Source of the DNA: an uncultured virus (IMG/VR IMGVR_UViG_3300024240_000003)
Lineage: Duplodnaviria > Heunggongvirae > Uroviricota > Caudoviricetes
Strand: one strand, 5' to 3'
IMG/VR virus record: IMGVR_UViG_3300024240_000003
Length of the DNA stretch: 64,000 nucleotides
Shown: one piece after another, positions 57,975 through 64,000 of the stretch
Numbering within the stretch: position 1 is the stretch's first letter
Layout: each line of letters opens with the position of its first letter
Notes under the pieces: model-generated
Told to the model about the DNA's origin: nothing
What the model saw: only the letters and a program-made list of their open reading frames with translations
The model's database searches: none
Translations under genes and position numbers: made by a program

Positions 57975-58535
57975 TTAATTGCTTTGTACTTCTTCCAGGT
58001 TGAACATAGCTTTCATTTTTTCTTGTAAATCCGAACATCTCTTCCCAATTGCCTCAATTGTGTATTTTTTTTCATCCGGAGGCTCGGTACTTCTACTAAA
58101 TTCGAACTTAATCTTCCCCTCCGTCCTTAAACATTTCATCTTCATAAGTTCGAAAGGCTCTTTCACGTCCTTCATCAGTGCTTCCCCGACTCTCGATATC
58201 GCATTAGCTCTCGGAAAAAGACTCTTCTTAACGTACCTTTCAACCTTTCTGGGGTCCGGCTCTACCCAGTATCCCCGCCCATTTGCTACTAATCTTGGCA
58301 CTAAGCGGTTTTCCCTGATATAATGGATGTATTTCCTCACGTCCGTAGAGGGCAACTTCTTGCCCTTTTTCGTCTTGAATCCTAATTTAAAAAGCCCCGC
58401 CGCAATATCCTGGATTGAAATAAACTTCTCTTTACCAACATGATTTAACAGGAAAGACCGCACAATGCACGGTATCAACCGATTCTTTTCCCACTCGTCT
58501 AATGGCTTCGTTAATATTTCAAATCCTTCAAGCAT
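57975..58535 (-). CDS. Hypothetical wHTH-like protein
   Basis: VRKYIHYIR...ANGRGYW. Confidence 0.55.
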   Translation of the reverse strand: MLEGFEILTKPLDEWEKNRLIPCIVRSFLLNHVGKEKFISIQDIAAGLFKLGFKTKKGKKLPSTDVRKYIHYIRENRLVPRLVANGRGYWVEPDPRKVERYVKKSLFPRANAISRVGEALMKDVKEPFELMKMKCLRTEGKIKFEFSRSTEPPDEKKYTIEAIGKRCSDLQEKMKAMFNLEEVQSN

Positions 58536-58753
58536 TATAGCTTATTTTCCTTAATTAAATTTTCAGTTGCAAATATCGTAACTTCGTTGCCGGGCTTAAT
58601 CGTGAATCCCAGTTGTTTTAGTGCCTTTAACTCGCTTAAATTTACAGTCTTTTTCTTTGTAAGCGCGGAAATAGGTCCGGAGTGCTCAGAAGTAATGTAT
58701 ACGGATTCGCTTCCGTAATTAGACCTGACCTCTATTTTTATTGTCTGTTCCAT
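58535..58753 (-). CDS. Hypothetical protein
   Basis: NYG....Y...LTKKKT....L..LKQLGF. Confidence 0.55.
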   Translation of the reverse strand: MEQTIKIEVRSNYGSESVYITSEHSGPISALTKKKTVNLSELKALKQLGFTIKPGNEVTIFATENLIKENKL

Positions 58754-58760
58754 AAATATT

Positions 58761-58973
58761 TTAAAATATCTTTGAAAAATATCCGATTAAAAAGAATAAT
58801 ATCACAATTCCGAGCGCAATCAACTCTTTCTTATCCTTCTTCTCCTCTTCTGTCTTTACCAGCGTGATGTTCAGCGGCATTCTTATTGCCTGCAGTCTAA
58901 TACGCTCTTCTTGCTCTTTCGTAATCTCCGTAAATTTTGGAGAAAGTTCCGATTTTTTACATAGAGAAATCAT
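58761..58973 (-). CDS. Small protein with C-terminal TM
   Basis: GGAG RBS, hydrophobic tail. Confidence 0.5.
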   Translation of the reverse strand: MISLCKKSELSPKFTEITKEQEERIRLQAIRMPLNITLVKTEEEKKDKKELIALGIVILFFLIGYFSKIF

Positions 58974-59015
58974 TTCTACTCCGTTTTACTCTTACATTAA
59001 AGAAAACTATTGAAT

Positions 59016-59345
59016 TTACTTTGACCTGAACCTTATCTTTTGATTTTTAAAATCCGGAATTGAAACTCCGCATCCTTCATCATGGAAATTGTAAATACCC
59101 GTTTCGTAATCGTAATCAATACCATCAGTATTAATTGTTACCATACTTGTATCCCCGTTGTCACGCACAGTCGTTATCTCCACCTGCCACCAGGTATCAG
59201 TTGATATCTTGTGACCCGGTGTATCCGTCACCTTGTTATTCTGTGGCTCATTTGGCATGTTTTGATTGCAACCAAATATTTCTATTGTAACCATAGCTAA
59301 TACTACAAATGCTGCTAAGACCAGTAATGTTTTTTCGTATCTCAT
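59016..59345 (-). CDS. Putative lipoprotein
   Basis: Signal peptide ending IFGC; GGAGG RBS. Confidence 0.55.
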   Translation of the reverse strand: MRYEKTLLVLAAFVVLAMVTIEIFGCNQNMPNEPQNNKVTDTPGHKISTDTWWQVEITTVRDNGDTSMVTINTDGIDYDYETGIYNFHDEGCGVSIPDFKNQKIRFRSK

Positions 59346-59424
59346 TTTAAACCTCCTATTTTTTAATTTTTTTGAAAAAATTTCTTATAAAAGTCGCTAT
59401 TGCTCTAATTTGTTCTTAAAAAAA

Positions 59425-59457
59425 GTTTGCCCGCCTGACGAAGATAGGCGGGCAAAC
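59425..59457 (-). terminator. Intrinsic terminator / palindrome
   Basis: GTTTGCCCGCCT...AGGCGGGCAAAC followed by a T-run on the minus strand. Confidence 0.65.
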
Positions 59458-59465
59458 CAAATTTT

Positions 59466-59729
59466 TTAACCGTCACCGGAACCGTCACCGGAACCGGAAC
59501 CGTCACCGGAACCGTAACCGGAACCGTCACCGGAACCGTAACCGGAACCGTCACCGGAACCGTAACCGGAACCGTAACCGGAACCGTAACCGTAACCGTA
59601 ACCGGAACCGGAACCGGAACCGGAACCGGAACCGGAACCGGAACCGTAACCGGAACCGTAACCGTAACCGTCACCGGAACCGTCACCGGAACCGGAACCG
59701 GAACCGGAACCGGAATTTACTTTTCCCAT
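59466..59729 (-). CDS. Gly-Ser/Tyr/Asp dipeptide repeat protein
   Basis: ~40 hexamer units GGT-TCC/TAC/GAC; ATG with GAGG RBS overlapping the upstream gene. Confidence 0.55.
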   Translation of the reverse strand: MGKVNSGSGSGSGSGDGSGDGYGYGSGYGSGSGSGSGSGSGSGYGYGYGSGYGSGYGSGDGSGYGSGDGSGYGSGDGSGSGDGSGDG

Positions 59730-60013
59730 ACCGGTACCTCTTTTATACTTTTTTCTGCGGCAGGTGTACAATCTATTATTTCAATTGCTTCAGTCAATTC
59801 CACTCTGTCAACTTCACAAGGGAATTTGCAATTTTCAGGTTTTTTTACACCTTCCATAGCAAGCTGACTTAATGATGCTGCTCCGTCCCAGTACCATAGC
59901 CGCCTCGCTTTTTCCATTACCACTTCTTTTCCTTTCTTTGCAATAATGTATCCGGCAAATACACCTGCTGAAAATGTTCTTACAATCTGATATTTCTTTT
60001 TGCCTTTAGGCAT
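59717..60013 (-). CDS. Conserved phage protein (DUF6948-like)
   Basis: IVRT..AGVF.G...ARRLWYW.GAASLSQLA.EG. Confidence 0.75.
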   Translation of the reverse strand: MPKGKKKYQIVRTFSAGVFAGYIIAKKGKEVVMEKARRLWYWDGAASLSQLAMEGVKKPENCKFPCEVDRVELTEAIEIIDCTPAAEKSIKEVPVWEK

Positions 60014-60029
60014 GTCTTTCTCCTTTCGT

Positions 60030-60251
60030 TTATGTTTTTAAATTATTACGCCTCTGCTTCACCTCCCGGTCAATATATACCTTCGCCGCGGGATGCCTTT
60101 CTTTGTAACTTTCAAAAAATTCTATCGCTTTTTTTTCATCTTCAAAATTCCTGACTACCTTTTTTTTCTTAATCCCCGCAACTCGCTTAATCACGTACAT
60201 AATCGCTATCCTCGCCTTTAATGCTTCCAGTGTGTATACCTTTGTCTTCAT
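60030..60251 (-). CDS. Hypothetical protein
   Basis: Start MKTKVY coupled by ATGA to the upstream gene. Confidence 0.5.
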   Translation of the reverse strand: MKTKVYTLEALKARIAIMYVIKRVAGIKKKKVVRNFEDEKKAIEFFESYKERHPAAKVYIDREVKQRRNNLKT

Positions 60252-60457
60252 GCCACCCTCTGCCTCTTTGAGTTCCATTCGTTCCATGTCGTTCTTAAAT
60301 TCCTCTTGAACCATGTCGCACTCGCGTCGATTATATCCGCATCCATTAAATCCTTGAGCATCCCCTGCTCCTCCGCATTAAGCCTTACCATTACAGGAAG
60401 CTGGTCTTCTTTGGCTCTGGCTCTTCTCTTTTTTTCTCTTTGATTTTGATTTGACAT
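60248..60457 (-). CDS. Cro/Arc-like small regulator
   Basis: First gene divergent from the repressor; basic, VMVRL..EE ribbon-helix-helix-like. Confidence 0.5.
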   Translation of the reverse strand: MSNQNQREKKRRARAKEDQLPVMVRLNAEEQGMLKDLMDADIIDASATWFKRNLRTTWNEWNSKRQRVA

Positions 60458-60502
60458 TGTCAAATATTCTCTTTATGTTAATTAAAATTATTTTGTGTTA
60501 CG

Positions 60503-60549
60503 CAAAGTTAATAGAAATATTTCCATTTGTCAAGGGGATATTTCTATTA
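60503..60549 (-). promoter_or_regulatory. Lytic promoter and operator
   Basis: Minus-strand TTGACA-17-TAACTTTG; 12-bp inverted repeat TAATAGAAATAT (60509..60520 / 60538..60549). Confidence 0.7.
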
Positions 60550-60567
60550 TGTAAAAATTTTTTATTC

Positions 60568-60921
60568 ATGGATATAACGGACAGGTTAAAGGAAATTATC
60601 GGTGACTCTGATTTAAAAAAATTTGCTGACTTAATTAATGCCGACCCTTCAAGCTTAACAAAATATTTAAAAGGTACTATAAAGCCTACAACCGAGTTCT
60701 ATAGAGCATTAACAGAGAAACTGCATATTAGTATTAGTTGGCTTATTGCCGGTATTGGAAGTAAGTATATTAATGCGGATTCTTATGATACATTAATTAA
60801 GGAAAATCTATTATTGAAAGACTCGTTAAAAAAAATTACCTACTCTATTTCAAGTGAGGTGTCTAAAATTGATAAAATTTCTAAACTGGATATTCCAAAA
60901 ATTAAAAAGGTAAAAAAATAA
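60568..60921 (+). CDS. XRE-family prophage repressor
   Basis: DRLKEI...FAD.I....SSL.KY..G...P...L......WL..G.G; ATG at 60568. Confidence 0.8.
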   Translation: MDITDRLKEIIGDSDLKKFADLINADPSSLTKYLKGTIKPTTEFYRALTEKLHISISWLIAGIGSKYINADSYDTLIKENLLLKDSLKKITYSISSEVSKIDKISKLDIPKIKKVKK

Positions 60922-60922
60922 A

Positions 60923-61240
60923 ATGATTAAATTGCCTTATAAAATCTTGTCTGGTATCTTCTCACTTTTTGTAATTATTGGTGGAATTTATTTTTTATAT
61001 TTTTATAAATCAGAAAACCTTCAACCGGAGCAGAATCAAAGAACAGGTTCTGGATTTATTCAAGAAGATAATACTTTACAATCCGATGAATGTTTTATCT
61101 GCACCGGTCCAATGTCAAAACGATATCACAAAGATAAATATTGCAAAGGTTTATCCAAATGCAGTGGATATATAAAAAAAGAAAAGATAACCGAAGCAAT
61201 TTCAAATGCTCATACACCTTGTAAAATTTGTTGGTATTAG
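60923..61240 (+). CDS. Membrane-anchored protein with Cys/His metal-binding domain
   Basis: TM helix; CTG..SKRYH....C.GL..C...PCK.C. Confidence 0.65.
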   Translation: MIKLPYKILSGIFSLFVIIGGIYFLYFYKSENLQPEQNQRTGSGFIQEDNTLQSDECFICTGPMSKRYHKDKYCKGLSKCSGYIKKEKITEAISNAHTPCKICWY

Positions 61241-61302
61241 ATTTAATAATGAATAAATTCTTGATTTTACTTTGAGAACTTATAAATGAGTATTAACTTC
61301 TA

Positions 61303-61710
61303 ATGCAAAAGAAAGAAAAAATGAGAAAAGAAAATAATGAATATTTTCTCAAAAAAGACGTGTATTCCGCTTTTGCGTTTTTCGGATTTATAATGTTTGT
61401 GTTAATCTTAAGCATATTTGAAAGTGTTGAGAACAATGAGGATAGAGTAAAATTAACTGGAAAATCTTTTCCGGTTGATATTGAATGGAACTCAATTACC
61501 CAACATCAAAAGGATTCTGTAATCCTTAGATATGGAAAAATAAAAACCCGCGAGTTGTTGGATATTATTTATAAATGGAGGGAAATAAATAATTACCGCT
61601 CGGTTAATGGCAGAGATTTGTTAGACAAACTAATAGAAGCTAAATTAATCTCCGAAGATGACGTTTCGGAATATTACAAAGAAGTGATTATAGACAATGA
61701 ATCAAAATAA
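61303..61710 (+). CDS. Hypothetical membrane protein
   Basis: Single TM; in the lysogeny operon. Confidence 0.5.
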   Translation: MQKKEKMRKENNEYFLKKDVYSAFAFFGFIMFVLILSIFESVENNEDRVKLTGKSFPVDIEWNSITQHQKDSVILRYGKIKTRELLDIIYKWREINNYRSVNGRDLLDKLIEAKLISEDDVSEYYKEVIIDNESK

Positions 61711-61716
61711 AACATT

Positions 61717-62187
61717 ATGAATAAATTTTATTTTCTTATTTTCGCACTCTGCTGCCTGCTTTCCGCTTGCAGCAAAGATTCCGGCAATCCGGTGAATAAT
61801 CAAACTCCTACGGACCCAAACGGAACAGTATTATACGAGCGTCCCGGACAGGATTCCGTTTATGGCTTCATAGGTATTCATGGAGCTATTGAAGATTCTG
61901 TTTTTTGTAACTTCGATTTTACCGGCAGCGATAGTGTTATTACTATCTGTTCCGCTAAAACAAATCTGGATATGACTCCTTCACCCGTGGGAATATTCGC
62001 TACAAGCGATACATGCTTACTTACAATAATCCAGCCCCTCTATAATTCTGGCAATTTTGCAGAATATAGATGCGCTTATAAATCCCCTAAAAGAAAATTT
62101 AGTTTTGCAATACTTACTATAAATAACGGGGGGCAGGGCTTAAATTATTTTCTCGTCGTAAAAAACTTAAAAATCTATAAAAAATGA
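61717..62187 (+). CDS. Putative lipoprotein
   Basis: Lipobox LSAC. Confidence 0.65.
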   Translation: MNKFYFLIFALCCLLSACSKDSGNPVNNQTPTDPNGTVLYERPGQDSVYGFIGIHGAIEDSVFCNFDFTGSDSVITICSAKTNLDMTPSPVGIFATSDTCLLTIIQPLYNSGNFAEYRCAYKSPKRKFSFAILTINNGGQGLNYFLVVKNLKIYKK

Positions 62188-62256
62188 AAATCGTACTTGA
62201 CACTTGCATGACACAAACAATCATAAATCCTTAAAATTAATCAAATTACGCACAAT

Positions 62257-62328
<72 letters not shown>

Positions 62329-62397
62329 CACTCAATATTAAATGTTAAATGTTAAATTAAGAGCATTTTCATTTTAAATAGTTTTTTCGCAGATAAT

Positions 62398-63483
62398 ATG
62401 AAGAAAATATTTTTTACAACGGGTCCGACGCAGTTATATCCTCAAATAAAAAATTATTTGAACGAGGCTATTGATGAAAATATTCTTTCACTTCCCCACA
62501 GAAGCGAACAATTCACAAACATTATTAAAGATACTGTCTCCGAATTAAAAAATTTATTAAATGTTCCGGAAAATTTTCAGATTTTCTTTCTAAGTTCTGG
62601 AACCGAATGCATGGAAAGGATTATTGAAAATCTTGTCGAAGATTTAAGTTTTCATTTTATAAACGGATATTTCGGCGACAGGTTTTTTAATATCGCAGTC
62701 AATTTAAATAAATCTCCTGAATATATTAAATGTGAATACGGAAAAAATTTCAATTTCAAAAAACTTTTTATACCAGTCGGATATGAATTAGCCTGTTTTA
62801 CTCAGAACGAAACAAGTACGGGCGTTGCAATCGATATGAAAGATATTTATGAATTAAAGAAAAAACATCCGGAGATTATATTTGCTATCGATGCAGTGAG
62901 CAGTGTCCCGTATACAGAACTGGATTATAACTTTATCGATTGTGCATTCTTTTCGGTACAAAAAGGATTCGGAATGCCTTCCGGTTTGGGAATTATAATT
63001 ATAAATAAAGATTGTATTGAAAAAACAAAATATCTACAGAGTAAAAATATTAATACGGGAAGTTATCACAATTTTATTAACCTGTCCCGAAATGCCGAAC
63101 ATTATCAGACCGCAATGACGCCTAATATGCTTGCAATCTATCTCTGCGGAAAAGTCGCTCATTATCTCAACAAAATCGGAACAGGGAAAATACGGATGGA
63201 AACGGAGCAAAAGGCTCAGCTGCTATATGACTTTTTTGAAAAAAATAAATTCGTTTATCCAGCTGTGAAAAAACATTCCGACAGGTCTCAGACTACACTT
63301 GTTATGAATGTTAATAAAAATCCGGAAGTATTATTGAATAAACTTAATGAAAAAGGATTTGTGCTAAGCAATGGATATAAGGATTACAAAGATTCACAAA
63401 TAAGGATTGGAAATTTCCCGATGCATACAATTGAGGATGTGAAAAATTTGATAAAAGCGTTTAAATCAATTTTAAAATTCTAA
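62398..63483 (+). CDS. serC: Phosphoserine aminotransferase / class V aminotransferase
   Basis: FTTGP, HRS..F, NETSTGV, DAVSS, FSVQKGFG PLP-lysine motif. Confidence 0.8.
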   Translation: MKKIFFTTGPTQLYPQIKNYLNEAIDENILSLPHRSEQFTNIIKDTVSELKNLLNVPENFQIFFLSSGTECMERIIENLVEDLSFHFINGYFGDRFFNIAVNLNKSPEYIKCEYGKNFNFKKLFIPVGYELACFTQNETSTGVAIDMKDIYELKKKHPEIIFAIDAVSSVPYTELDYNFIDCAFFSVQKGFGMPSGLGIIIINKDCIEKTKYLQSKNINTGSYHNFINLSRNAEHYQTAMTPNMLAIYLCGKVAHYLNKIGTGKIRMETEQKAQLLYDFFEKNKFVYPAVKKHSDRSQTTLVMNVNKNPEVLLNKLNEKGFVLSNGYKDYKDSQIRIGNFPMHTIEDVKNLIKAFKSILKF

Positions 63484-63600
63484 ATAATTATTAAAGCGTA
63501 ATATCGAAATCCTATTATAATTCGTAATTAGAAAATCAGAATTTTTAGAACCCGTATTTTAATATTTAACAAGAAAATTTAGTTTCACAATTTTTTGTTC

Positions 63601-63667
63601 AACTCCTCCGGAGTTGTTATGTTCGTAGTCAATATTTTGTTACAAATATAAAACTCCTTCGGAGTTT
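63601..63667. repeat. Host REP-like palindrome pair
   Basis: AACTCCTCCGGAGTT and AAACTCCTTCGGAGTTT. Confidence 0.55.
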
Positions 63668-63744
63668 ATATTAATCTAAATTAGAAATTCAATTTCTAAT
63701 CAATTTTACATTTATCTTTATAAATTAATACTTTAATTTATTTT

Positions 63745-64000
63745 ATGGATTTGTTTGATGATAATATTGTAAAGGAAAATGTGCCGCTTTCGGAGCGGAT
63801 GCGACCGAAGACACTCGATGAATTTGCCGGACAGGAGCATCTTGTCGGAACCGGGCGTCCGATTAGATTAATGATTGAAAGGAATGACCCTGTGTCTATG
63901 ATATTCTGGGGTCCTCCGGGAGTTGGGAAAACAACACTCGCTTTAATCATCGCTAATTCGGTAAAAGCTAATTTCATACAGCTCTCCGCAGTTTCATCGG
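63745..64000 (+). CDS. rarA: Replication-associated recombination protein A (partial, 5' end)
   Basis: PLSERMRPKTLDEFAGQEHL...SMIFWGPPGVGKTTLA. Confidence 0.9.
   Translation, partial: MDLFDDNIVKENVPLSERMRPKTLDEFAGQEHLVGTGRPIRLMIERNDPVSMIFWGPPGVGKTTLALIIANSVKANFIQLSAVSS

Noticed and set aside
59405..59686. Thr/Val/Pro-repeat ORF
   Set aside because: Alternative frame of the Gly-X hexamer repeat; the Gly frame has the ATG and RBS
1626..60457. Stop-codon reassignment in the phage
   Set aside because: Genes are long and densely packed under the standard code, with TAA, TAG and TGA all used as stops
60451..60567. N-terminal extension of the repressor ORF
   Set aside because: Covers the divergent promoter/operator; the HTH begins after the ATG at 60568
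63738..63977. Minus-strand 79-aa ORF
   Set aside because: Shadow of rarA on the + strand

Overview
Almost the whole window (297..62293) is one apparently complete ~62-kb temperate prophage integrated in a tRNA-Gly(CCC) gene. It is bounded by a 37-bp direct repeat that duplicates the 5' half of the tRNA. Host genes serC and a partial rarA follow on the right. TAnnTTTG-type promoter elements suggest an FCB-group host, possibly Ignavibacteria-like (inference). Read right to left on the minus strand, the phage has: an immunity switch (XRE repressor / Cro-like gene); an early/replication region (replication initiator with iterons, ParB, VRR-NUC, Cas4-like nuclease, Gp37/Gp68, candidate anti-defence proteins); GroES, a JAB protein and the terminases; scaffold, capsid, adaptors and a podovirus-type tail; ejection proteins including a 5180-aa polyvalent protein; an ATP-grasp ligase, a zincin and the portal; and a lysis module. 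The most unusual signals lie inside the giant gene. It contains two near-identical antisense sigma70-type promoters, each pointing into a structured RNA-like segment next to an effector domain (one has UUCG hairpins and a terminator, the other a potential H-type pseudoknot beside a BECR-like RNase domain). It also has overprinted small ORFs ahead of enzymatic domains and a repeated inter-domain peptide motif. Elsewhere, capsid and scaffold share a hydrophobic N-terminal leader, three internal proteins share a putative targeting motif, three promoters share a fixed-spacing phage-specific box, and palindromic REP-like elements sit in-frame inside several genes. All protein family calls come from motif recognition by eye, not from database searches.
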